Positions 13,471 to 27,700 of a stretch of 64,000 bases of DNA are shown in pieces. The position numbers were made by a program, and so were the translations under genes. The first letter of the stretch is position 1. The number at the start of each line of letters is the position of its first letter. The notes below the pieces were generated by a model, which made no database searches, was not told the DNA's origin, and saw only the letters and a program-made list of their open reading frames with translations. Source of the stretch: Anaeramoeba ignava BMAN (Eukaryota; Protista; Anaeramoebae); NCBI GenBank assembly GCA_028826165.1, contig JAPDFW010000069.1, positions 385,312 to 449,311 on the forward strand, written 5' to 3'.

Positions 13471-16400
13471 TCATTTTAAAATCAAATCTATTATGGAATT
13501 CTGATTTAATTGATAATAATCTTTTAAATCTTCAAATTCATCTTTGTCGATTTCTTTTTTGTTATCAAATTTATCATGATAAAGGAAATAAATTAATTGG
13601 TTTATTGTTTGAAATGATTTTCTTGAATAATCATGAACTTGATTAGATGAATCCTCAACACTTAAAAACATTCCTTTAAATAAATCGCTTCTTATTATCA
13701 AAATCAATTTGTGAACCTTAATTTCTTTTTCTTCACAAATGATTGTAAAATCTTTTGATGATTCTTGTTGAAACAATTTCTCAAAATCTTTTAAAATTCC
13801 TTTTCTTCCTTTTTTGTTTTCAATCCATTTTGAATCAAATCCAACTTCTTTAAAGAATTCTTCACATATTGATAGTTTTTCAAACCAATTTTCCAATATA
13901 ACTTTTTCTTGATCAAGATCTAAGTAATTGTAAGAAATTTCCACAAATCCTCTTTTATTTTCGGTAATTTGAATCAATTTATTCTGGAGTTTGTCAAAAT
14001 CCAAGAATCCTGTATAAAGAAAATTTAAAGCAATTTCAACATCTTCTTTGGGTTTTTGTTGGCAAATATCGATAAATTTTTGTAAAGTAAATGCACTATT
14101 ATCAAATCTTGTTAATAAAATTAATTTATGAGTATGAAATTTGAAAAAGTCTTTTGACCGAATTTGTTGATCTGAAAAATTTTCTGTCGATTTAAAAAAT
14201 TTATTTAAATCTTCATTAATTGAATGGAATTGAAAGAATAATTCAACAAATTTTTTAGAAATGTGAGATTTTTTTAAATCATATATATTTGCTCCATTTT
14301 TCAATAAAAATTTTACAGTTTTCATTTCCCAATTTACATTTTGAATTATTAATGAAAGAGGTGTTTCATTATTATTTGTTTTAGAATTAATATCAATTCC
14401 TTTTTCAATTAGATATTTGATAATATCAATTGATATATTATTATTTTTGCAAGCATAATGTAAAATTGTTTCATTATTATTTGTTTTAGAATTAATACCA
14501 ACACCTTTTTCAATTAGATATTTGATAATATCAATTGATATATTATCATTTCTGCAAGCATAATGCAAAGATGTTTCATTATTATTTGTTTTAGAATTAA
14601 TATCAATTCCTTTTTCAATTAGATATTTGATAATATCAATTGATATATTATCATTTTTGCAAGCATAATGTAAAATTGTTTCATTATTATTTGTTTTAGC
14701 ATTAATATCAATTCCTTTTTCAATTAGATATTTAATAATTTCAATTGATATATTATTATTTTTGCAAGCATAATGCAAAGGTGTTTCATTATTATTTGTT
14801 TTAGAATTAATATCAACACCTTGTTCAATTAGATATTTGATAATATCAATTGATATATTATCATTTTTGCAAGCATAATGCAAAATTGTTTCATTATTAT
14901 TTGTTTTAGAATTAATATCAATTCCTTTTTCAATTAGATATTTGATAATATCAATTGATATATTATCATTTTTGCAAGCATAATGTAAAATTGTTTCATT
15001 TCTGTTTGTTTTAGCATTAATATCAATTCCTTTATCAATTAGATATTTAATAATATCAATTGATAGATTGTTATTTTTGCAAGCATAATGTAAAATTGTT
15101 TCATTATTATTCTTTGTTTTCTCATTAATATCAGCTCCTTTATCAATTAGATATTTGATAATTTCCAATGTGCTTTTTTGACAGGCAAGATGTAAAGGAG
15201 TCTCTTTTATGTAGCGAGCTTTGGAATTAATATCAATTCCATTCTCAATTAGATATTTAATAATATCAATTGATATATTATTATTTTGTAAAGTATAATG
15301 TAAGGCTGTTTTGTTGTTAGATGATTTCTCATTAATATCAATTCCTTTTTCAATTAAATATTTGATAATATCAATTGATATATTATTATTTCTGCAAGCA
15401 TAATGCAAAGGTGTTTCATTATTGTTTGTTTTAGAATTAATATCAATTCCTTTTTCAATTAGATATTTAATAACATTAATTGATATATTTATTATTTCTG
15501 GCACAAATAATGCAAAGGTGTTTCATTATTATTTGTTTTAGAATTAATATCAATTCCTTTTTCAATTAGATATTTAATAACATTAATTGATATATTTATT
15601 ATTTCTGGCACAAATAATGCAAAGGTGTTTCATTATTATTTGTTTTAGAATTAATATCAATTCCTTTTTCAATTAGATATTTAATAATATCAATTGATAT
15701 ATTTGGATTATGGCACAAATAATGCAAAATTGTTTCATTATTCTTTGTTTTCTCATTAATATCAGCTCCTTTATCAATTAGATATTTGATAATTTCCAAT
15801 GTGCTTTTTTGACAGGCAAGATGTAAAGGAGTCTCTTTTTTATACCTAACTTTGGCATTAATATCAGCTCCATTCTCAATTAAGTATTGGATAATCTCAA
15901 ATGAATTTCTCTGACAAGCAAAATGCAAAGCAGTCTCTTTTTTATTTGTTTTCTCATTAATTTCAGCTCCATTTTCAATTAAGTATTTAATGACTGGAAA
16001 CGAGGAATTAGTTTGACAAACAAAATGCAAAGCAGTCTCTTCATTACTTGTTTTCTCATTGATTTCAGCTCCATTTTCAATTAAGTATTTAATGACTGGA
16101 AACGAGGAATTAGTTTGACAAGCAAAATGCAAAGCAGTCTCGTTTTTTTTGGTTTTTAGAGATGCATTAACGCCATTCTCAATTAGATATTTAATCGTTT
16201 CAAATGATGGATTGTTTTGGCAAGCCAAATGCAAAACAGTTTCATTGTTAATGGTTTTGGAATTAATATCAAATCCTTTTGAAATGAAATATTTGAGAAC
16301 TTGACTAGAATAATTTTGACAAGCAAAGTGCAAAACTGTCGCATATCTAGATGTTTTTGCATTTATATCGGCTCCTTTTTCAATGAGATATTTAACAACT

Positions 16401-17461
16401 TCAAATGAATTAAGTTGGGAAGCAATATGCAAACTTGTGGTATTATTTAACTGAGAAAATTGGGATGTGTGAATTTTAGCATTAATATCAATTCCCATTT
16501 CAAGCAAATACCCCAAAACTTCAGGTGAATTCTTTTGGGAAGCAAAATGCAATGGTGTCAGACCATAATTTGTTTTTGTATTCATATCAGCTCCTATTGA
16601 AATCAAATACTTGATATTTTCAAGTGAATTTGCTTTGCAAGCAAAATGTAAAGGGGTTTGATTTTCATTTGTTTTTGCATTGACATCAAGCCCTTGTTGA
16701 AACAAATATTCAAGAACTTCTCGTGAATTATTTTGACATCCATAATGAAAAATCGAGTGATTATCATTTGATTTTGAATTGATATCAAATCCCTCAGAAA
16801 CTAAAAACTTAATAACTTCAAGTGAATTGGATTTGCAAGCAAAATGTAAAGCTGTTTCTTTATAGTTTGTTTTTGCATTAATATCTACTCCTTTGGAAAC
16901 TAAAAACTGGATCACTTGAATGGAATTCTTTTTACAGGCATAATGCAAAGGTGTTTTAGTTTGATTATCTTTTTCATGAGCATTAAGCCCTTTAGAAATC
17001 AAAAATTCAATCATTTCAATCGACTGATATTGGCAAGCAAAATGCAAAGCTGTTTGATTATCAATTGTTTTTGCATGAATATCGGCTCCTTTCTCCTCAA
17101 GAAAATGTGTTATTTTGATCGCTTCATTTGGTTTTAAATGAATCATTGCTAAATGAATAACTGTTTTCTTTTTATAATCACATGAATTAATTGAAACTCC
17201 TTTTGAAATTAATAAATCAATTATTTCAATTTTTGGATTGTTCATGATCGTGCTATGTAATGAATTTCTTGCTGACTTATCAAGTAAATTTAGTTTTGCT
17301 CCTTTTTCAATTAATTTCTCAATCATTTCTTTTGAAACTTTTTTTTCTATTGCAAAATTTAAAATGGGTTTTTGATCTTTTTCTAAATCATTTTCTTCAA
17401 TTGAATTAATTTCTAACAATAATTCTATTTTATTTTCTTCAATGATATTCCAAATATTCAT
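13471..17461 (-). CDS. Intronless ankyrin-repeat + tandem BTB protein (two frameshifts at ~15500-15610)
   Basis: More than 25 ankyrin repeats (ETPLHYAC...KYLIEKGIDIN), then HTHKLILLTR and VHKLILIIRSDLFKGMF BTB blocks. The ATG is at 17461 (MNIWNII). Confidence 0.88.
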
Positions 17462-17538
17462 TTTGTTTTTAAAATTGAAAAAAAAAATGAAAATGAAAAA
17501 AAGAAAAAAAATTTTTTTCATTTTTTACTTTTTAAAAA
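17462..17538. promoter_or_regulatory. Putative 77-bp bidirectional promoter with opposed TTTCATTT (Inr-like) motifs
   Basis: Head-to-head ATGs at 17461 and 17539 with 'aaaatgaaaa' and 'ttttcatttt' between them. The same arrangement occurs at 11397-11475. Confidence 0.5.
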
Positions 17539-19406
17539 ATGAATGATTGTATATTTTTTGGTATAAATCATTATCCAAAACTTTTAAAAAATGAACCAGA
17601 AGAAATAACAAAACCAATTCAATTTAAATTTGAAAATGAAAATGAAAATGAAAATGAAAATGAAAATGAAAATGAAAATGAAAAGCAAATTAAACAAATT
17701 TCATCAAGTTATTTTTCAATAATTTTCCTTTTTGAAAATGGAAAAGCAATAGAATATTTAAATGAAAATTATTCAAATCAGAATCCTTCAAAAATCCAAA
17801 TTGAAGAAAATATTCAAAAAGTAACTGTTGATTATGCAAATGAAGCTATTTTAACAATAGAAGGAAATGTATTTGCTAAAGGAAATAATATTAATCCAAG
17901 AAATCCAAAAGAATTTATCAATATTTCATCATTAATTGAAGATACAAATGATAGAGTAATTGAAGATGTTGTTTCTGGTGCTAATTCAATTTATTTATTA
18001 ACTTCAAATCAAAATGCTTATGGAATTGGTGATAATGAATTAGGTCAACTTGGTTTTGATTATGAAACACTTGAAAAACACAAAAACCAATTTTAATGAT
18101 GAAAAATGTTTCTAAAATATTTTCAGGAAATGCTTCAAATCATGTTTTTCTTTTAAATTCAAATCAAGAATTATTTGGATGCGGAAATAATAGCCATGAC
18201 CAACTTGGATTAGGAGAATCAATAAGAAAAGAAAGAAAAATCCCAAAATTAACCAAAATCCAAAATATTCCAAAAGGCAAAATAATTAATATTCAATGTG
18301 GATCTTATCATTCAATAATGTTGATTGAAAATCAAAATCAAAATCCAAAAAGAAAACTTTATTCATGTGGTTATTCCGGATTCAATGAACTTGCCCAAGA
18401 TGAACATAATTATGAATTTACTGAAATCAAATCATCTTTATTTGAAAATGATAATATTCTTGATTTTTCTGTTGGAAATTCTCATACTTTGATTTTAACT
18501 TCTAATTCAAAATTAATAGGATTTGGAAGTAATTTTTATGGTGAATTAGGAACTGGAGATAAAAAAGAATATCAATCAATTCCAATTCAAATTGAACTTC
18601 CTAAATTAAGATTTAAAGAAGAAATTTCTAATTATCATGTTTCTTGTGGAAATGAAAATTCATTTATTTATTATTCTCCTTTTCTTTCTTCTTTTTCCAA
18701 TCTTGAAGAAGATTTGATAAAACTATTTGAAAGAAAAGAATTTTGTAATATTTCATTTAAAACCAAAAATGGAGAAATAATTGAAGCTCATAAATTAATA
18801 TTGAAATATAGATTAAATCAAAATCAAGATGAAAATCAAATTGAAAAACTTGAAGAAATTATTTCAAATAAATCAATTAAAGAATCAAATCAAATATTTG
18901 AAATGATTTATTCAAACAGAATTATAAATCCAAAATTATATTCAGAAATTAAAGAAATTATAAATTCAAATGAAAAAATTGAAGAAACAATGAAAAGAAT
19001 TTATTTAAATGTAAATGAAAAAGAAAAAGATTTTATAATTGAAAGAGAAGAAAAACAATATAAATTTCCTAAATTAATATTAATAATGAGAAGTGAATTA
19101 TATCGAGGAATGTTTTTATCTGTAAAAGAAGATACTTCTAATAAAGTTACAGATTATAGTGAATTAAGTAATAAATCATTTCAAATATTTGAATATTGGA
19201 TTTATTCAAATCAAATTAAAGATGAAATTCAAATTACACAAGAAATTATTGATGAAATTAAAATTGGAATTGATTATTTTCAATTAAATCAAACAAATCC
19301 AAATTTATTTGATTTATTAATTAACAAATTTAATAATCAAAATCCAAATCACAAAAACAAAGAAAAAATTCAAAAAGAAAAAAAAAATAAATGTTTAATT
19401 TTTTAA
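17539..19406 (+). CDS. RCC1-BTB copy 2, ending in CaaX (KCLIF); frameshift near 18078
   Basis: ORFs 17539-18096 and 18096-19406 are collinear with the intact copy at 51818. Confidence 0.88.
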
Positions 19407-19495
19407 AAGAAATTATTGATGAAATTAAAAAAGGAATTGATTATTTTCAATTAAATGAAACATATCCGAATTTATTTGATTTATTAATTAATAAT
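19407..19495 (+). pseudogene. Orphan 3' fragment of an RCC1-BTB gene
   Basis: Encodes KEIIDEIKKGIDYFQLNETYPNLFDLLINN immediately after the stop codon of copy 2. Confidence 0.75.
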
Positions 19496-19574
19496 TCAGA
19501 AGCACTAAAATCATCAAAAATAGTTCCAAAATTAAAAAAAATTTTTTTCATTTTTTTCATTTTTTTTCATTAAA

Positions 19575-21351
19575 ATGAATGATTGTTTATTTTTTGGTTA
19601 CAATCTATATCCAATTCTTATAAAAAATGAACCAGAAATAATAATAAAACCAATTCAATTTAAATTTGAAAATGAAAATGAAAATGAAAATGAAAAACAA
19701 ATTAAACAAATTTCATCAGGAGATTTTGGAACAATTTTCCTTTTTGAAAATGGAAAAGCAATAGAATATTTAAATGAAAATGATCCAAATCAAAATCCTT
19801 CAAAAATCCAAATTTGAAGAAAATATTCAAAAAGTAACTGTTGGTTCTTCTAATGAAGCTATTTTAACAAAAGAAGGAAATGTATTTGCAAAAGGATATG
19901 CTATTAATTCAAAAAATCCAAATGAATTTATCAATATTTCATCATTAATTGAAGATACAAATGATAGAATAATTGAAGATATTATTTCTGGAGTTGATTC
20001 AATTTACTTATTAACTTCAAATCAAAATGTTTATGGAATTGGTTCAAATATATTTGGTCAACTTGGTTTTAGATTATGAAACACTTCCAAAAACAGAAAA
20101 ACCAATTTTAATGATGAAAAATGTTTCTAAAATATTTTCAGGAAATACTTCAAATCATGTTTTTCTTTTAAATTCAAATCAAGAATTATTTGGATGCGGG
20201 AATAATAACTATCTTCAACTTGGATTAGGAGAATCAATAAAAGAACAAATAATTCAAAAATTAACCAAAATCCAAAATATTCCAAAAGGTAAAATAATTG
20301 ATATTCAATGTGGAGAATTACATTCAATAATGTTGATTGAAAATGAAAATGAAAATGAAAATTCAAAAAGAAAACTTTATTCATGTGGAGATTATATTTA
20401 TAATGGACTTGGAAAAACTGAACATAGTTATGAATTTACTGAAATCAAATCATCTTTATTTGAAAAAGATGATAATATTCTTGATTTTTCTGTTGCATAT
20501 GAACATACTTTGATTTTAACTTCCAAAGGCAAGTTAATCGGATTTGGATATTCTGATTTTGGTCAATTAGGAACTGGAGATACAAAATATCAATCAATTC
20601 CAATTCAAATTGAACTTCCTAAATTAAGATTTAATGAAGAAATTTCTAATTATCATATTTCTTGTGGTGGTAATAAATCATTTCTTTATTATTCTCCTCC
20701 TTTTTTTCCAATCTTGAAGAAGATTTGATAAAACTATTTAGAAGAAAAGAATTTTGCAATATTTCATTTAAAACCGAAAATGGAGAAATAATCGAAGCTC
20801 ATAAATTAATATTAAAATATAGATTAAATCAAAATGAAAATCAAATTGAAAAACTTCAAGAAATTATTTCAAATAAATCAATTAAAGAATCAAATCAAAT
20901 ATTTGAAATGATTTATTCAAACAGAATAATAAATCCAAAATTATATTCTGAAATTAAAGAAATTATAAATTCAAATGAAAAAATTGAAGAAACAATGAAA
21001 AGAATTTATTTAAATGAAAATGAAAAAGATTTTATTATTGAAAGAAAAGAAAAACAATATAAATTTCCAAAATTAATATTAATAATGAGAAGTGAATTAT
21101 ATCGAGGAATGTTTTTATCTGTAACTAATGATACTTCTAATAAAGTTACAGATTATAGTGAATTAAGTAATAAATCATTTCAAATATTTGAATATTGGAT
21201 TTATTCAAATCAAATTAAAAATGAAATTCAAATTACACAAGAAATCATTAATGAAATAGAAATTGGAATTGATTATTTTCAATTAAATCAAACAAATCCA
21301 AATTTATTTGATTTATTAATTAGAAAATTTAATAATCAAAATTATAATTAA
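19575..21351 (+). CDS. RCC1-BTB copy 3 (three single-base frameshifts)
   Basis: Four overlapping ORFs are collinear with the other copies; the breaks fall in short homopolymers. Confidence 0.85.
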
Positions 21352-21374
21352 AATTAAAATTAAAATGAAAACGA

Positions 21375-22110
21375 AAACAAATCTAAAATAAATCTAAAAT
21401 AAATCCAAATCAAATCCAAATCAAATCCAAATCTAAATCAAATCCAAATCAAATCAAATCCAATCCAAATCAAATCCAAAACAAATCTAAAACAAATCCA
21501 ATCCAAATCAAATCAAAATCTAAAATCAAATCAAATCCAAAAATCCAAATCAAATCAAATCAAATTCAAATCAAATCAAATCAAATCAAATCAAAATCAA
21601 ATCAAATTTAAATCAAATCAAATCAAATCAAATCAAATCAAAATCAAAATCAAATCAAAATCTAAATTCAAATCAAATTCAAATTAAAAATCAAAATAAA
21701 TCAAATTAAATCAAATCAAATCAAATTCAAAATCAAAAAATCAAATCAAAATCAAAATCAAAATCAAAATCAAATCAAATCAAATTCAAATCAAATCCAA
21801 AACAAATCTAAATCAAATCAAATCCAAATCAAATCAAATCCAAATCAAATCAAATCAAATCCAAATCAAAATCAAATCAAATCTAAATCAAATCAAATCA
21901 AATCTAAATCAAATCCAAATCCAAATCAAATCCAAATCCAAATCAAATCCAAATCAAATCAAATCCAAATCAAATCAAATCCAAATCAAATCCAAATCAA
22001 ATCCAAATCAAATCCAAATCAAATCTAAATCAAATCCAAATCCAAATCAAATCCAAATCCAAATCCAAATCAAATCCAAATCAAATCCAAATCAAATCTA
22101 AAACAAATTA
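21375..22110. repeat. (AAATC/CAAATC)n microsatellite
   Basis: Seen directly in the sequence. Confidence 0.92.
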
Positions 22111-22214
22111 AAATTAAAATTAAAAAGATAAAAAAAGCAAAAAAAAGTTTTCATTTTTTTTCTTTCATTTTTTTCTTTTTAATTTACAAGAATATAAAAA
22201 AAAATAATTTAAAA

Positions 22215-24666
22215 ATGGGAAATGTATTTACAGATGTTCAAGTTTCACGGAAAATCACAAAAAAAAATTTAAAACGTTACTATAAAATGGTTGATAGTTC
22301 AATTGAGGCCATTATTTTAGTAAACCAAAAAGGGGAATGTGTTTATGTAAATCAACCTTATTGTCAAATGATGGGAGCAAAATCCAAAGATTCAATTATA
22401 CATACAAATGCAGGTGATTTTTCTCCACCAACACAGAAGCATTTAAATATGGAATCTTTACCAGCAGCAATTTTAATGGTTAAAACAACACTTGAGTGTG
22501 TTTCTTGACAAAATATCTTTAAAACTCTTTATTAAATTAAATATAAAATTATTTATAAAATTAAATATAAAATTAAATATAAAATTATTTATAAAATTAT
22601 TTATAAAATTATTTATAAAATTATTTATAAAATTATTAATAAAATTATTAATAAAATTAAATATAAAATTATTTATAAAATTATTTATAAAATTATTTAT
22701 AAAATTAATTATAAAATTATTTATAAAAAATTTAAAAAAATTATTTATAAAATTAATTAAAATATAAAATTAAATATAAAATTAAATATAAAATTATTTA
22801 TAAAATTAATTATAAAATTATTTATAAAATTATTTATAAAATTAAATATAAAATTATTTATAAAATTATTAATAAAATTAAATATAAAATTAAATATAAA
22901 ATTATTTATAAAATTAATTATAAAATTAATTATAAAATTAAATATAAAATTAATTATAAAATTAATTATAAAATTAATTATAAAATTAGCAATTTTAATT
23001 TTAAAATTAAATATAAAATTATTTATAAAATTATTTATAAAAATCATTAAAATTATTTATAAAATTATTTATAAAATTAAATAAAATTAAATATAAAATT
23101 ATTTATAAAATTATTTTAAAATTATTTATAAAATTATTTATAAAATTAAATATAAATTATTTATAAAATTGATTTATAAAATTAAATATAAAATTATATA
23201 AAATTATTTATAAAATTATTTATATAAAATTAAATATAAAATTAAATATAAATTATATATAAAATTATTTTATAAAATTAATTATAAAATTAATTATAAA
23301 ATTATATATAAAATTATTAATAAAATTATTTATAAAATTATTTATAAAATTTATTATAAAATTATTTATAAAAATTATTAATAAAATTAAATATAAAATT
23401 AAATATAAAATTAATTATAAAATTATTTATAAAATTATTTATAAAATTATTTATAAAATTATATATAAAATTATTTATAAAATTAATTATTAAATTATTT
23501 ATAAAATTAAATATAAAATTAAATATAAAATTATTTATAAAATTATTTATAAAAATTATTTATAAAATTATTTATAAAAATTAAATATAAAATTATTTAT
23601 AAAATTATTTATAAAATTATTTATAAAATTAATTATAAAATTAAATATAAAATTAAATATAAAATTATTTATAAAATTATTTATAAAATTAAATATAAAA
23701 TTAAAATTATTTATAAAATTATTTATAAAATTATTTATAAAATTAAATATAAATTATTTATAAAATTGATTATAAAATTGATTATAAAATTAAATATAAA
23801 ATTATTTATAAAATTATTAATAAAATTATTAAATATAAAATTATTTATAAAATTAAATATAAAATTAAATATAAAATTAATTATAAAATTAAATATAAAA
23901 TTATTTATAAAATTATTAATAAAATTATTTATAAAATTATTTATTAAATTATTTATAAAATTATTTATAAAATTATATATAAAATTATAGATCTAAAACT
24001 GGAACACACGATTTTGATTGGTATCATATTGATTGTAATAAGAATGAATTTTTATCCCATGTATGGACATCCTCAATAGATTTAATGGGAGAATTTGTTG
24101 TTCAAGCAATTGTCAGGAAACTTTCATTAATCAATGATCCATATTCAACAAAAAGACCACCTCCAAAACTTCATAATCAAAAAATTGATTTTAGTTCAGA
24201 AGAATCTCTTTCATCAAAACACAGTTCTGATAATTTACTCCATATTGTGAATATTGAACAACTTGAATTGGAACATCAACATTGTAATACAATTGAACAA
24301 GCAAAAGATTTAGTTCGTGATTTTGATAATCTTAATTTGGAACAAAAAATAATTCCATTATTGAATCAAGCTCAAGATATTTTCAAAAATTATATCAAAA
24401 TTCAAAACGAACAAATTTTATTCATGATGAAAAATGATCCTTCTAAATTTTCCTTTTCTTCAAATCAATCAAATCAATCAAATAATAATCAATCAAATAA
24501 TAATAATAATAATAATCAATCAAATCAAAAAAAATTGGAAAATATTAATTTCAAACCTTTATTCCAAGATCATCAAAAAGAAACTTCACAAAAACTTCAA
24601 AAGGAAATGAATCGAATAATGAGAAACGAACAACAATTTGCTCGTGATTCTTCAAATATGATTTAA
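22215..24666 (+). CDS. PAS-domain protein with a predicted N-myristoylation site; exons 22215-22495 and 23991-24666
   Basis: The phase-2 splice GA|GTGTGT...TATAG|A gives ...KTTLE-SKTGTHDFDWYHIDCNKNEFLSHVWTSSIDLMGEFVVQAIVRK. PAS pattern MVDSSIEAIILVNQKGECVYVNQPYCQMMG; the protein starts MGNVFT. Confidence 0.8.
22496..23990 (+). repeat. 1495-nt intron filled with a 12-bp minisatellite (ataaaattattt variants)
   Basis: GT-AG boundaries restore the reading frame across the array. Confidence 0.88.
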
Positions 24667-24742
24667 TTATTTTAAAATATTTCTTTGTTAATTTTGAAAA
24701 TTTTTTTTTTATTATTTTTGAATTAAAAAATTAAAATCAAAA

Positions 24743-27700
24743 TCATTTCATTCCTTGTTTAATTGTTTTTAATTGATCTTCAAAATCGGATTTTTCATTT
24801 AATTGATAAAAATCAGAAGCATCAGAAAGTTCTTCAATAATAATATTAGAAATTGAATTATCAAGTTTATCTGTGTACAAATATTTAATAAATTGATTAA
24901 GTGATTCAAATGATTTCTGACTGTAATCATTAACTTCTCCTGAAGAATCATTTTTGACATTTAAAAACATGCCTCGAAACAAACCACATCGTGCAATTAG
25001 AACCCATTTATGAACAGGAAATTTTTCTTCCTTGAACCAAAATGGCAAAATCCTTTGTTTCATTTTGTTCATATAATCTTTTCAAATCTTCTAAAATTCC
25101 AATTCTTCCTGACATTTTGTTTATTTTTTCAATTGAAATTCCCATTTTTTCTGCAATTCCAAGAATAATATTATAATTTTTATCCAAAACATTTCCTGAA
25201 TAAACAAACTCCAAAAATGCTTTTACATTTTCCTCTTCATAATTAATCAGAGCTTCACTTATTTTTTCCACTTCAATTCCAAGCCTAAATTCTAAAATAA
25301 ATTTGTGGGCTGATATTTCGTTATTTAATGTTTTGATTTGAATATCAGAAAGATCTTTTTCATCCAACAAATCCAAAAAGTCTTGTTGAATTTGTTCATA
25401 TTTCTCAAAAAATCGTTCAATTTCTTTAATTTGATATTGTTTTTGTTCAAATTCCTTTGAATTGATAAAAATTCTTTGATCCTATTTGATGTTTTGATTA
25501 ATTCTTTTCTTTTTGATTTCTTTTTTTTTTTTTCTCAAATTTCTTACAGTGTTTTCAAGATTTTTAAAATTTCCTCCATGGGAAAATAATAATTTAATAA
25601 TTTCAAAATTTAAAGTTGAATGATCTTCTAGATAATATTTTAACAGATTTTGAATCTTTGTTTTTTTTTAAAAAAAAAGAAGGAAAAGAAAAAATCTCTA
25701 TTAATTCAAAATATTCCATTTTCTTTTTATCAAAACTAAATTATTTTTCATTTTATACATCGTAATCAATAATTCTTGCAGAGTATTTGATTAAGATTTC
25801 AAATATTGGTAATTGTTGATTGTTTTTGCAACATAATATCAAAGGAGTTAATTCCTACATTTATTATGATTTTTAAATTGAAATTGAAATTGATTTTGAT
25901 TTTGATTTTGATTTTGATTTTACTTCATTCTAAAAATTAGGTTTATATTGAAAATTAAAAAAAATTAATATTTTTTCATAAATCAAGAAAAAGTTGGAAA
26001 ATGAAAATTTCTTACATTATGTTCATTAATATCAACTCCAATTGAACAAAGTTTTTCAACAAGTTCACCATTTGCAGGAAATCTGGATAAAATATGATGT
26101 AAGACATTATTTCCCTTAAAATAAAAATAAAAATAAAATAATTGATTTTAACAATTTTTCTTTCTTCTTTTTAAAATCCAAAAAAGAATTGTTTACTTTT
26201 TTCTACAAAAATATAAAATAAAATAATTATTTTTTGTTAATTAAATAATCAATTAAATTTTGATCAAACATTTTTTGCATTAATATTTGCTCCTTTTGAA
26301 ACTAATAAATCAATCATTTCAATAGAATGTGTTGCTGCATAAAAAAATGCTGTGTTTCCTTGCTATAAAATGAAATTATGGAATAGAGATGATTTTTTTT
26401 AAATTTCTTTTTTTTGATTGAATTATTTTTTTTTTACTTCCTGTTTTTACAAAAAAAAAAAGGAAATGAATATCAAAATGGATTTAATTTAAATCAATTC
26501 AAATTACATCAAGTAATTCTAAATCCACATTCTTTTCTAATAAAACTTCAACAATATCAACAGAATTTTTGCAAGCTCGATGAACACATGGAATTTTCTA
26601 ATAATTTTAATTTTAATTTTGATTTTGATTTTAAAATAATTTCTCATTCAAAATTTTTATTATTCTTTCTTATTTTTACAATTTTAATATTTGGATTTCC
26701 TCCATGTTTTAAAAGTAATTTGATTAATTCTGGATTTTTAGAATAAGTGCAAGCAACTGCAAATTCTGTTCCTTCATTCTAAATTTTATTTTTTTCAAAC
26801 TTAGTTTTTTTCAATAATAAAAGAAGAAGAAAAACAATCAAATTTACAAATTTTGATGCATAAGGAAGTGAATTTGTAAATTCTTCGTTTAAATTAAAAT
26901 TTTCAATAATTAATTCTACAACTTCAGAAGGAGCTGATTTTTTTATTAAAATGGAAAGTAGTGAAGTTCCCTATTTATATAGGAATTATATCCAAATAAA
27001 TCAATTTTTTTTTTCTTTTGAATTTTTAATAGAATTTACTCGCTAATGAAAATTAAAATGAAAATTAAAATAAAAATTAAAATGAATTTAAATGAAAATT
27101 AAAATGAAAATTTAAATGAAAATTAAAATAAATTTAAATGAAAATTAAAATAAATTTAAATGAAAATTAAAATGAAAATTAAAATGAAAATTTAAATGAA
27201 AATTAAAAATAAATTTAAAATGAAAATTAAAATGAAAATTTAAAATGAAAATTTAGTTTTGTTTTTCTCTTTGATAAAATAAAAACTTTATCAGAATTAG
27301 ATTTTGCACCATTTTCAATCAACACTTTAATAATATCAACTTTAGAATCTGCTGCACAAGCAAGAAAAAGTGGTGTTTCATTCTAATCAAAACAAATCAG
27401 AATAAATTTTCATTCTTATTTTGAATGATTTAAAAAATAAATTTTTACTTGCTTTTTAAAGAAATAAATCAATTTTGAAGAAAGAAATAAAATTGAATTT
27501 TGAATTTTAATATAAATTAAACTAACATCCTATCATTCAATAATTTTAATTTTAATTTTCTATTTAATTTTAATTTTCAATTTTTTGAATTTTCTCTTTA
27601 CATTTAATTGATTAATAGGTGATTTTGCATCAACCAAAAGTTGTATAATTTTTGGATCATTTGCTTTTTTAACTGCATAATGAAGAGGAATGTTAGACTA

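Noticed and set aside
15480-15625. In-frame TAA TAA in ankyrin repeats as stop-codon reassignment
   Set aside because: The site is a +2 chimera of two neighbouring repeat variants, and TAA terminates many genes in this window.
22496-22510. U12-type donor at the PAS gene intron
   Set aside because: GTGTGTTT does not match GTATCCTT, and no U12 branch motif is visible.
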